DNA of 64,000 nt from Myxococcales bacterium. GTDB lineage: Bacteria > Myxococcota_A > Polyangia > Polyangiales > DASUME01. The stretch's first letter is position 1. Each line of letters starts with the position of its first letter. Positions 38,382-47,826 of this stretch are shown piece after piece. A program made the position numbers and the translations under genes. The stretch spans positions 8,480,001 through 8,544,000 of the forward strand of contig JASGJH010000001.1 in NCBI GenBank assembly GCA_047601445.1. The letters are read 5' to 3'. The notes below the pieces were generated by a model. The model ran no database searches and was not told the DNA's origin. It worked only from the letters and a program-made list of their open reading frames with translations.

Positions 38382-38602
38382 GCAAGTGTCAACGGATTCG
38401 AGGGAAGCCCAGGCTCTCCTCCGCGGGGACTCGCTCGAGGTCGACGCCCACCTGCCCGAGAACACCATCGCGCTCGTTCCAGGGCGCGTGGTCTTCCAAA
38501 GCAAGGCGCACCTTGAGGCCATGGTCGAAGCGCTCACGGGCAAGCCCGTTGGGAACTCAGGTGCTGTCGTGCTGCCGTTTAGGCGAAAACCTGAATGAAA
38601 TC

Positions 38603-38648
38603 TGGTCGGGGTTGCCGGATTCGAACCAGCGACATCTAGCTCCCAAAG
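38603..38648 (-). repeat. att site: copy of the tRNA-Pro 3' half
   Basis: 44/46 identity to 53116-53161; match runs through the anticodon loop and stops just beyond it. Confidence 0.93.
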
Positions 38649-38780
38649 AACAGCTCGGCTGTCATGGCCTGTCTTGCTCTGTCTTGGTTTTTGCGCCAAA
38701 AACACCGGCGTTTTGAACGTTTTGGCCTCTTTGGGGCCTAGCGTGTCCAGGCTGGCTTTGGCATCCTTGGTCGACGATTT

Positions 38781-38811
38781 GTGGCAGCAAATGTAGCAGC
38801 AAGGTGGCAGC
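38781..38811 (+). repeat. Putative integrase arm-type sites (left end)
   Basis: GTGGCAGCAAAT-GTAGCAGCAAG-GTGGCAGC tandem; same motif at 53031-53052. Confidence 0.7.
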
Positions 38812-38851
38812 GCTTTGTTGCCGCGGGTCGCGGACGGCTGAGGGTAGGTAA

Positions 38852-40282
38852 GTGGCAGCGAGCAAGAAGCGTCGTGGTCGAAAGCATCCGGGCGTGACGA
38901 TCATGAAGCCCAATCCAGCGCGACGGATTGGCTGGCGCCTCCGCTACAAGGACCCTGACTCAGGCAAAATGCGGTACGAAAGTCTCGACTCGGACGTCAC
39001 CACGGAGGATCGACGAGTCGACGCAGCTGTGCAGCGCTCGCGCGAGATTGGAGCGCGCGCTCTTGAAATCGATCGGGGCGCCGACCCACTGCACGGCAGT
39101 GATTTGGTTCAGGCCATTGCGGCGTACCATAAGGCCGCGGAGGTTGAGCTACGGGACAAGACCGTCGCGTTGTACAAGCGCGCGACGGACATGTTCCTGG
39201 AGTGGGCTAGGGCCCACGGCATCAAATCGACGAGGGATCTCAAGGCCGCCCGACTGCCCGGGTTCCGGGACTACTTGCTCGCGCAGCGAAAAAAGGCGTA
39301 CGTGCGAGGCGGCAAGCGTGGACAGCGTAAGGCGGGGAACGAGAAGCTCTCGCCGCAGACGATCAACTGGCAGCTGCGCGCCGTCAAGACCGCGCTCAAC
39401 CATCTTCGCTCACGAGGGATGGTGCCGCTCACGAGCGACGACATCGCCGATCGCCTAAAACCGGTGGAGGTCCCACAGGACGATCCGGAGTTCTTGCGTC
39501 CGCAGGAGTGCGTAGCTCTGCTCGAAGCCGCCCTGCGGCACGATGCTGAGACGTTCGCCGAGACTCGATCGGAGCACCGAGGTATCGGCACAGCGGGAAC
39601 GACGCCAAAATACGATCCGATTGCGCCACTCGTGGCCACCGTGCTCTTGGGGGGCTTTCGCATCGGCGAAGCGCTGGCTGTGCGATGGAGCGCCGTGGAT
39701 CTCGCTGTACTCGACAGCGAGGGTAAGCCCAAAGGCGAGATCCGCTTGAAGGCGAGCGAGACCAAGACGAAACGCGCACGCACCGTCGAACTGGGTGTGT
39801 CGCCATCGCTGCGTATTCTCCTCGCCACGATGAAGCTGAGGGCCGGGGATGCGCAGTTTGTGTTCGGCGGCGATGGGCCGATGCCCCGTTCGTCCGCGGA
39901 GGCTGCGCGGCGGCGCCTCGTCGGTGAAGTGCCCAAGAAGGCACGCAAGATCGAACCAAAGAAAAATCGCAAGCAAACGCCAGCGGTCGATTTTGGCGCA
40001 CCGCGCAACTTCACATGGCAGGCGCTTCGCTCGACTTGTGCCACCTACCAGTGCAATGCGCCCTCCATCTTTGGAGACGCGGCTGCGTTTAGAAGCGCTA
40101 AACGCTTGGGGCACTCAATCACCGTGAGCGAGAAGCTATACGCGAATCAGTTCTCGGTATCGCATGCTGCAAGGACGTTGGAGCAGGCCATGGGGATCGA
40201 GGCCATCATGGCTCGAGTCATCGAATCCGCGAGCGGCTACCGCGTGCCCGCGCCGCCTCTGCGAGCTGTGGCAGCAGAGTGA
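38852..40282 (+). CDS. int: Tyrosine recombinase/integrase
   Basis: GFRIGE (R), TKTK (K), WQALRST (HxxR variant), RLGHS, LYA (Y); lies beside the att copy. Confidence 0.88.
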   Translation: MAASKKRRGRKHPGVTIMKPNPARRIGWRLRYKDPDSGKMRYESLDSDVTTEDRRVDAAVQRSREIGARALEIDRGADPLHGSDLVQAIAAYHKAAEVELRDKTVALYKRATDMFLEWARAHGIKSTRDLKAARLPGFRDYLLAQRKKAYVRGGKRGQRKAGNEKLSPQTINWQLRAVKTALNHLRSRGMVPLTSDDIADRLKPVEVPQDDPEFLRPQECVALLEAALRHDAETFAETRSEHRGIGTAGTTPKYDPIAPLVATVLLGGFRIGEALAVRWSAVDLAVLDSEGKPKGEIRLKASETKTKRARTVELGVSPSLRILLATMKLRAGDAQFVFGGDGPMPRSSAEAARRRLVGEVPKKARKIEPKKNRKQTPAVDFGAPRNFTWQALRSTCATYQCNAPSIFGDAAAFRSAKRLGHSITVSEKLYANQFSVSHAARTLEQAMGIEAIMARVIESASGYRVPAPPLRAVAAE

Positions 40283-41097
40283 GGATTCGCGTGCAGCGGC
40301 GAACAGCTATGGCAAGCAGGGAAAGCGTGTCAGCAAACAAGACGCAACCGAAGCTGGCTGCAGCTCAGAGTCGAGAGCAGAGCCGACCTCCGATGTCCGC
40401 CGAGACGCTCGGGTTGGCAAAGCAAAGACATCGCGAGCTTAAACGCGAATCCGACACGCTTGCGGTCAGACTGGTCGAGATCGTCGAACACTGCGCGGTG
40501 CTTTCTGACGCATGCGGCGCTTTGGCTGCCGAGATCGCCAGGGCCGAACCCGGGTCCGAGGAAAAGCAGGTTTGGGAGCGCATTGCCCAGAGCGACAAGG
40601 CAGCGAGTAAACCTGAGTTCACAAAGGCAGCGCGCGCGCTCGTCGGAGTCATTTCGAAGGCCTTGGTCACGCAGCGCAGCGACGACGTTTTCGTGCTTGC
40701 GGAGCGCTTGGACTCGCGACGGAAGCGGGAGTGGCTCATACGGTGTGCGGCCATTCGGAGATTGCACGCAGTCGGAATGATGAGCATGGGCGAGCAGGGC
40801 CTCGTTGACCTGCTCGCAGACGTCGATGATCACGCGCGGTCTCTTGCCGTCGACGCCATCGCAGAGGCGCTCCAAGACAAGCGTCAGACAAAGCGCAACG
40901 ACCAAAAGGAAGCGAGCCCGGATGCTCGCTTGGCCGCGTCTGTCGGCGTGCTTCGATTCGCCGCGCGCCTCGCGGCCATGTGCGGCGCTCTTGGTTATGG
41001 AATGCGCGCGTATCGGGGCAAGGAGGAGGAGACTGCTTACGAGGCTTTCAAGATGCTGGTCAGGGAGGACCCGGAGCTCGGGTCCCAGCTCTCGTAA
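40279..41097 (+). CDS. Hypothetical helical protein
   Basis: 272-aa ORF overlapping the integrase stop (GTGA). Confidence 0.6.
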   Translation: MRIRVQRRTAMASRESVSANKTQPKLAAAQSREQSRPPMSAETLGLAKQRHRELKRESDTLAVRLVEIVEHCAVLSDACGALAAEIARAEPGSEEKQVWERIAQSDKAASKPEFTKAARALVGVISKALVTQRSDDVFVLAERLDSRRKREWLIRCAAIRRLHAVGMMSMGEQGLVDLLADVDDHARSLAVDAIAEALQDKRQTKRNDQKEASPDARLAASVGVLRFAARLAAMCGALGYGMRAYRGKEEETAYEAFKMLVREDPELGSQLS

Positions 41098-41299
41098 CCA
41101 CTGATTACGATCAGGCGAGCAACTGGGGAGGTGGTGTCCCCAAGACCCCAGGGGGCACGTTCGACGAAGGTGCCTTCCCATGAGAGTCCAAACGAACGAG
41201 CTGCTCGCCGTTGCCGCAACCGGCAAGCACGCTCTCAATCCGAATAAAACCTGCGGACACACCTGCCTCGACAGCGCTTCGAGCGTAACCAGCGAGGCT

Positions 41300-41578
41300 A
41301 TGAACCTGGGAGCAGTCGCGCTTCTCTCAGAACTGATTCGCGCCAGCGTGCGCGAAGAACTCGAGTCAGCTCGCATCGCGTTTGCTCCGCCGCCGGCGGC
41401 TGCCTTGTCTTCGCACGTCGATGTCAAAGAGGCCCGCGTACTCCTGCGCTGCAGCGACAAGACCGTGCGCCGCATGGTGGATCGCGGTCTGCTCAAGAAG
41501 GCCAAGTTGGGGCTCGGGGAGGGCTCAAAGCTGCTGATTTCTCGCGAATCAATCGATCAAGTTCTGGGGGGTGTGTGA
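41300..41578 (+). CDS. HTH_17/excisionase-like DNA-binding protein
   Basis: VDVKEARVLLRCSDKTVRRMVDRGLL...LLISRESI. Confidence 0.8.
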   Translation: MNLGAVALLSELIRASVREELESARIAFAPPPAAALSSHVDVKEARVLLRCSDKTVRRMVDRGLLKKAKLGLGEGSKLLISRESIDQVLGGV

Positions 41579-43938
41579 TGGGTACGAGTGAAGTTCTCTA
41601 CAGCGAGTCGTCCTTGGCCGAGGCGGCGAAATGGTACGCCCACCAGCAGCTCTTCGTGTTGCCGTGCGCGCCGAAGCAGAAGGTTCCGGCGATCAAAGGC
41701 GGGCGTGGTAGTCGCGATGCGAGCAATGATCCGGCCTTCCTCGAATCCATCTGGAATGAGAATCCAGCGTTCAACATCGGCATCGCCACGGGGAGCCGCT
41801 CCCAGGTGGACGTGCTCGATGTGGACGGCGAGTCTGGCGAAGCAGCGCTTGCCGCTCTCGAAGCGGAGCACGGGCCTCTGCCGGTAACCCCGACTGTCCG
41901 CACAGGGAAGGGGCGCCACTTCTACTTCAAGGCCGTGGACGGCTTGCGGAATAGCCAACGGAAGCTCGGGCCTGGTCTCGACATCCGTTCTGAGGGCGGG
42001 CACGTGGTCGCTCCCCCGAGCATTCATCCCAGCGGGGCGCGCTACGAGTGGGTTGAAGGGCGTCGACCTGATCAGGTGCGCCCGGCTCCTATGCCGCAGT
42101 GGATCATCGATCTCCTGCGCTCGACGAGTATTTTGCAAGTGTCGTCCTTAAGTGTCGCGGCGAGCACGACCACCCCGTACGCGCATAAGGCGCTGGAAGA
42201 TGAATGCAGCGCAGTAGCCAACACTCCCAAGGGGAATCGGAATGGGCGCCTTAACCAGGCAGCGTTCGCACTCGGGCAGCTGATTGGTGCGGGCGCTCTC
42301 GACGAAAACGAGGCGCGCGCCGAACTGACCGTTGCCGCCTCCGCATGCGGACTCCCCGCAGGCGAGGCACGCCGCACGATCGACAGCGGCCTTGAAAGCG
42401 GAAAAACGCAACCGCGCATCATCCCGGACGCGAGCGCGCGCGTGTCGGAGAATCGCTTTCATGTCTCGTCCGAGTGGAGCGAGGCCGCTGAACTTCCGGG
42501 GCTGCTGCCCGTGCCGAAGTGGGACGAGCGTCTGCTGCCCGAGGTGCTGCGCCCGTGGCTGTGTGACGTTGTCGAGCGCACTCAGTGTCCCCCGGAGTAC
42601 CCAGCAGTCGGAGCAATGGTTGCTCTTTCTTCGACCGTAGGACGCGGGTGTGCGATCAGGCCCAAGTGCCAGGACGATTGGACTGTCGTGCCGAACCTTT
42701 GGGGCGCGTTGGTAGGGCCTCCGAGTGCGATGAAAACGCCGGCGCTTCGGGAGGCGCTGCGCCCGTTGAATGCGCTGGCCGCCGCGTCTTCGGAGGCTTA
42801 TGCGGAACATGCTTTCGACCGCGAGCAGATCGCCTCGCAGCGAGCTGCTCTGAAGGCGCAGATGGACAAACTTGCAAAGGCCGGCCATGACTTGGCAGAG
42901 CTGCGGCCGGAATACGAGATGCTGAATCAGCGTGAAGCCCAGCTGAAGGGCGAACGCCGCTACATCGTTCACGATGCGACGATCGAAAAGCTGGGGGAGT
43001 TGCTGCAGGCCTGCCCGCGTGGCGTCCTGCAGTTCCGCGACGAGCTTGCCGGCTGGTTCGCCTCCTTGGATCGTCCGGGGCACGAGAGCGATCGAGCGTT
43101 CTTTCTTGAAGCGTGGAACGGCAATGATGGCTTCACCTATGACCGCGTGGGTAGGGGAACGGTGCGCATCGAGGCCGCCTGTGTGTCCGTCTTGGGGGGT
43201 ATCCAGCCGGGGCCGCTTGGCCGGCATCTTCGCGCGGCGGAGTCCGGCGGTGTTGGGGCTGATGGCCTAATGCAGCGCTTCCAGCTCCTCGTCTATCCGG
43301 ATCAGTCGCGCGATTGGCGGAACGTGGACCGCTGGCCAAACTCGGTGGCCCGCGATCGAGCGCATGCCCTGTACAAGCGCCTTGCCCACGCCACTGCCCA
43401 GGAAATGGGCGCAGATCAGGACGCGGACATCCCGTTCGTGCGGTTCGACGATGAAGGCCAAGAGTTCTTCGATCATTGGCGGTACACGCTTGAGAAGCGC
43501 CTTCGCGCCGGCGAGGAGTCGGATGCAATGGAGGGGCACCTCGCCAAGTATCGTTCGCTGCATCCCAGTCTCGCGCTGCTTTTCCAACTTGCTGACCACG
43601 GGCGTGGCCCAGTGGGGCTCGTGGCCGCTCAGCGCGCGGCGTCGTGGTGCGCACTTCTTGAGGCGCATGCTCGCCGCGTGTACGGATCGACGTCGGCGGG
43701 GCCCGTCGCTGCGGCGCGCGTCATCCTCACGAAGCTTCGCGCGCGCAAGCTGCCAAACCCTTTCACGAAGCGCGACATCTGTCGTCCCGAATGGGCCGGG
43801 CTGAGCGACTCAGCCGTCGTCGAGGCCGGCCTACACGTACTCGAGCAACACGGCTGGTTGCGCACGTTGTCCGTGCCCACGGGAGGTAGGCCGCGGGAGG
43901 AGATTCACATTCACCCCTCGCTGCTCGGGGGCCGCTGA
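41578..43938 (+). CDS. Bifunctional primase/polymerase (Prim-Pol) fused to a DUF3987/YfjI-like domain
   Basis: NIGIATG; VLDVDG; TVRTGKGRHFYF; DIRSEGGHVVAPPSIH; then VPNLWGALVGPPSAMKTP, FRDELAGW, GGIQP, DGLMQRFQL. Confidence 0.88.
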   Translation: MGTSEVLYSESSLAEAAKWYAHQQLFVLPCAPKQKVPAIKGGRGSRDASNDPAFLESIWNENPAFNIGIATGSRSQVDVLDVDGESGEAALAALEAEHGPLPVTPTVRTGKGRHFYFKAVDGLRNSQRKLGPGLDIRSEGGHVVAPPSIHPSGARYEWVEGRRPDQVRPAPMPQWIIDLLRSTSILQVSSLSVAASTTTPYAHKALEDECSAVANTPKGNRNGRLNQAAFALGQLIGAGALDENEARAELTVAASACGLPAGEARRTIDSGLESGKTQPRIIPDASARVSENRFHVSSEWSEAAELPGLLPVPKWDERLLPEVLRPWLCDVVERTQCPPEYPAVGAMVALSSTVGRGCAIRPKCQDDWTVVPNLWGALVGPPSAMKTPALREALRPLNALAAASSEAYAEHAFDREQIASQRAALKAQMDKLAKAGHDLAELRPEYEMLNQREAQLKGERRYIVHDATIEKLGELLQACPRGVLQFRDELAGWFASLDRPGHESDRAFFLEAWNGNDGFTYDRVGRGTVRIEAACVSVLGGIQPGPLGRHLRAAESGGVGADGLMQRFQLLVYPDQSRDWRNVDRWPNSVARDRAHALYKRLAHATAQEMGADQDADIPFVRFDDEGQEFFDHWRYTLEKRLRAGEESDAMEGHLAKYRSLHPSLALLFQLADHGRGPVGLVAAQRAASWCALLEAHARRVYGSTSAGPVAAARVILTKLRARKLPNPFTKRDICRPEWAGLSDSAVVEAGLHVLEQHGWLRTLSVPTGGRPREEIHIHPSLLGGR

Positions 43939-44483
43939 TGTCTGCCTACCTGGAAGAGGGCTTCCTCTCGACACTCGATCAAGGCGCACGGCCCAAGCGC
44001 GCTGGGGGGCCACTGTCAGAACTGCCAAAAGTCCACACGCTCGGGCTCACGGAGCGCGAGTCACCTTCTGTCAGTTTTGGCAGTGCCCCTCGTGCCCTCG
44101 TGCAGGAGCCAGCTGTCCGGGAGGTGCTTGGCTTTCCGGCGAGGTGGCTTGCTGGCCTGCCCATTCCCGCTGTCCTCGTACTTGTGCATCGGGAAGACTC
44201 CAACGACGTATTCGTGGACTTCCGCGATGAACCTAGGGAGCTGTCCTTCGACGCCGAGGAGTGGAGCGCCATGGTTAGCGCGGCTGAGTACGGTCGCGCG
44301 AGTCCGCGGGACGCGGACCGCTGGCTGGATCGCAAGCGAGTGCACTCGTGGTTCCGGGTTACGGAACTCGAGGCGCTAGGGGGGCGGATTCGAGGCGAAC
44401 GCTTGCGGCTTACCGTTGGCGCAGTGCTGCTCGAGTATGGGCTTCACCTTCGCGAGGTCATCGCCGACAGCGCGTTTCGGTAA
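43938..44483 (+). CDS. Hypothetical protein
   Basis: 181-aa ORF translationally coupled (TGATG) to the Prim-Pol gene. Confidence 0.6.
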   Translation: MSAYLEEGFLSTLDQGARPKRAGGPLSELPKVHTLGLTERESPSVSFGSAPRALVQEPAVREVLGFPARWLAGLPIPAVLVLVHREDSNDVFVDFRDEPRELSFDAEEWSAMVSAAEYGRASPRDADRWLDRKRVHSWFRVTELEALGGRIRGERLRLTVGAVLLEYGLHLREVIADSAFR

Positions 44484-44730
44484 CGCGAGGCCGTCCCGTT
44501 AGTCGGAGCCGTCTGGCTGGCGGGGCTGCGAGACGCGGGCCGAACGCTTTTCGGGCGATATCCGGCTGCTCGGTGCCCACCCCCCGGCGGAAAGGTACTT
44601 CTCGGGCGGGGCGTGGTTTGCGGGTGAAATGCGCCCGTCGGTGTGAAGGTCAGCAACGGATTAAGAAAATAGAAACCGGACTCAAGGCAACCGCCAAAGT
44701 TGCCTCTGTTCGTCGATAAGGCAGGGGCGA

Positions 44731-46091
44731 TCACTTGTCCTGAGGGCCATTTTTTCCGAAGAACACGTGAATGTCGTGCTGCGGGTGAGCCAGACGATTG
44801 CTCGCTCCCCTTCTCACAAGAACTCTGTTGTCTGCATCGAAGTAGGGAGGCTCGGTTCCCGGGGCTACCTTGATCACGACGAGATGAGTGCCTTTGTACA
44901 GGATCGGAGTTGTGCTGAAGTCTGGAGCTTTCGCCGATAGACGAAGTCTGATGGCGTCACGAATCGCGGCGCAGTAGATCGTCAGGCCCCATTCTCCGCG
45001 TCAATGGACTTCTCTTTAGCCCACTTGCGAAACCATCCCTCGGACACGATGTCCCGGCATTGAATGTAGTCGCTTACGCCCAGGAGGATTGTTCCGCCGT
45101 CCGTGTTCGCGAACGCCACCACGGCTTCCACGATCTCCCGAAGCTTTTCGGAGTGGCCCGGCGCAACCGCGGGCTTGAACTCGACCATTCGATTCTCGCC
45201 CGACTCGAGGCACTGTTCTACGAGTTGTTGAAGTTCCGGAATCACCGCTCGCTTGATCGTCACGACCCGATTCGAGTCTCGGCCTTTAGCTGCATACCAA
45301 TGATCCACGGTGGTGCCTGCCTCGTCGACCAGCGCGATCTCATGATTCCGACCCTCCAAAGGGATCCGCGTCCACGGGATTGCCGGCTCGCTGAACGCCC
45401 GCCACTGGTCTCCAACGTAGGAGCCGCCCTTCACCCTCCAACCCTGGCCTTCCTCGGCGCTGATAATGGTTTCGATCTCGGCCGAACGCCGGCCCCACTG
45501 GATTGCACCAATCTGCCCGCGAAGGTCGGGAATGAAGAGAACGAAGCCGCCGGTTCTGGAATCGTTTGCTCCGCCGTAGGATGGGAACCGGCACCACGAC
45601 TTTGCGGCCACATAGATGTTTGGAAAATAGTCGTGCATCTCGCCGCGGCCCGTGACGTGCTCGTGGACGTTGGGAATGTCATGAGCTGCGCGTCCCTCGC
45701 ACCAGATCGCGACTCCCGGCCAACGAGAGAGGCCATTTTCTGAAGGGCACCGGAGCGTCGTGAACGTTGGATCGGGCTTCGGCTCGAATCCCGCGACTGG
45801 AAAACTCGTCAGGCCGCGCGCAATGGCTGCCTCGAGCACGTCCACATCCATCTCTGACTCCTCAAGGACGAGGCCGTTCTGGTACTCGAGTCGGCCACGG
45901 AGGACGGTTTGCTCATCCACGGACTGTCCGATAACTGTGGTCAGAACATTCCGTGCGATTCCTTGAAGGTTCACGTAGGCGGCTTTGACGATGAACCGAG
46001 CGATGCGTCCTCGATTTGTCTTGAGTGCGGAGCTCGCGATCTGGCGGGTGTCCTCCGGTGACTGGTTGCTCCGCAGATAAATGCCGTCCAT
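44731..46091 (-). CDS. Unknown N-terminal domain + C-terminal Schlafen/AlbA_2 domain (one frameshift at ~44988)
   Basis: GENRMVEFK...VVAFANTDGGTILLGVSD; adding one G to the GGGG run continues into LVVIKVAPGTEPPYF...VRRGASNR, stop at 44731. Confidence 0.8.
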
Positions 46092-46343
46092 GTGAAAACG
46101 TTAGGCGATCTCAGCCGGGTTTCAAAGCCATGCAAGGGAAGCCATCGCGGGGCGCCAACTAGCCACGGCGTCCTGTCGTAGAGCCGGCGCGGCAAGGTGA
46201 CAGGACTGCGAAGCGTCCGTTGGCATCAGGAGCTCGGAGGCGCGAGCTACGGAGTTGCAGGCCCATACGTGATCGATGTGGGCGCTTGTAGGGGCAGGCG
46301 GTTCGACGCGGCAAAGCGCAGGCGAGGGCGTAGAATCCCGTGC

Positions 46344-47752
46344 ATGGATTCAGGTCTAGCCCAGCGCCGAATGGCACTCTTGAAATCATTCATCGCGGAA
46401 GCCGAGAGATACTCAAGATATGGGCACGCCTCTTCGGGTGGCACCATCGACGATTTGGCGTCCATGGCGAACGAAAGCGCTGCCGCTAGGTCTGCGCTCA
46501 ATCGCATGGTGGTGGCCACAAAGGAGGCTACACAAGCTGCAGGCCTATCGTGCCTGATCACCGTCAGGCCGCCACGGGGGCGTTCGGGGCTAATCCATGA
46601 TGATGTGGACGTCTTCGAGCAACTGTTCACTGGCCCGTATGACGTGGATCTGGTCTCAACCGCTGCCGAACTCGCAGAGAAGGCGCTCGGCGTATATCAG
46701 CATCACGCGGAAGGTTTGCTTCAACTTGGAGCCGAGCAAGTCGAGACTGAGCAAGGGCATCGCAAGTACACGATTTTCATCAGCAGCACCTACGAGGACT
46801 TGAAGGAGCAGCGCGATCTTGTAGCGAAGGCCATTCTTGAGATGGGTCACATTCCGGTAGGAATGGAGATGTTCAGCGCTGCAGACGAAGAGCAATGGAA
46901 AATCATCCAGCGTGCGATCGACGATAGCGACTATTACGTAGTTGTCCTCGCGCATCGCTATGGTTCGCTCACCGGCGAGATTAGCTACACGGAGAAGGAG
47001 TACGACTACGCGGCGGAGCGAGGCATCCCGTGCTTAGGGTTTATTCTCCGGGATGACGCGCCGTGGCCGCACAATCATCGCGATCCCGAGTCAGCAAAGG
47101 TGGAGGCGCTCAAATCGTTCAAAAAGAAGGTTGAGCGAAAACCCGTGGGGTACTGGAAGAGCCAGGACGAGCTTCATGGCAAGGTGGCTGTCGCGCTAAT
47201 GAAAGCGTTCAACGCCCAACGTCGTCCAGGTTGGTGCGGGGACCCGGGACAACCGACCCGAACATGGTTGCGGAGTTCGCCAGGTTGAGTAGGGAGAACG
47301 AGGCGCTTCGCAAGGAACTTGAAGTGGCGCGCGCAGAACAGGAGACAGATCGAAAGCATGCGCGTCTTTGTGAAATCCTTGCCAGCAACAGAGTTGCGTT
47401 TCTGGTAGGTTGGGACGATATTCCCGAGCGGCAGGTTCAGGCAACTCTCCTGGATGTCTTTGGTTGGTTGGCTCCGAACCTCGTTGATCCGATGACGACT
47501 GAGTGGGCGTCTCGGATTGTCGCCTCCTCCGCCTTACGCGAATCAGCCCATCGAGAGATCCGCGCCACAGGAGACTCGCACACCATTTTCGTGCAGGCGT
47601 TTACCGACTTCATGGCGTACGGACTAGTGAGTGCGAAGCCAAATGGCGTCGGGAATACCAAGTGGACAATCACTGCGAGCGGACTCGACTTCCAATCGTT
47701 CCTGCGCCGGAGGCGAATGGAGTCCCAGGTTCGTGAGGGATTGCCTGTGTAG
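46344..47752 (+). CDS. DUF4062 (TIR-like) domain protein with N- and C-terminal extensions (one frameshift at ~47233)
   Basis: KYTIFISSTYEDLKEQR; GMEMF; IDDSDYYVVVLAHRYGS; SYTEKEYDYA; one added G restores RPGWVR and joins ORF 47231-47752. Confidence 0.82.
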
Positions 47753-47826
47753 AGCAGAAACTTGCTCCGTTTGTGTTGAGATCTCATGGGCCGTTAGTTG
47801 GCCCCCGGGTGGCCGGTGCGGGGATG

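Larger units (their letters stand above)
37132..38411 (+). mobile_element. IS3-family insertion sequence, 1280 bp
   Basis: 26-bp imperfect IRs TGAAGCTCCCCCAGTTCCGTTGACAC / GTGTCAACGGATTCGAGGGAAGCCCA; 4-bp target duplication GGCT at 37128-37131 and 38412-38415. Confidence 0.95.
30348..38648. mobile_element. Older, decayed tRNA-Pro-integrated element or prophage remnant
   Basis: Bounded by two tRNA-Pro 3' fragments; contains a terminase fragment, pseudogenes and an IS3; no intact integrase. Confidence 0.65.
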
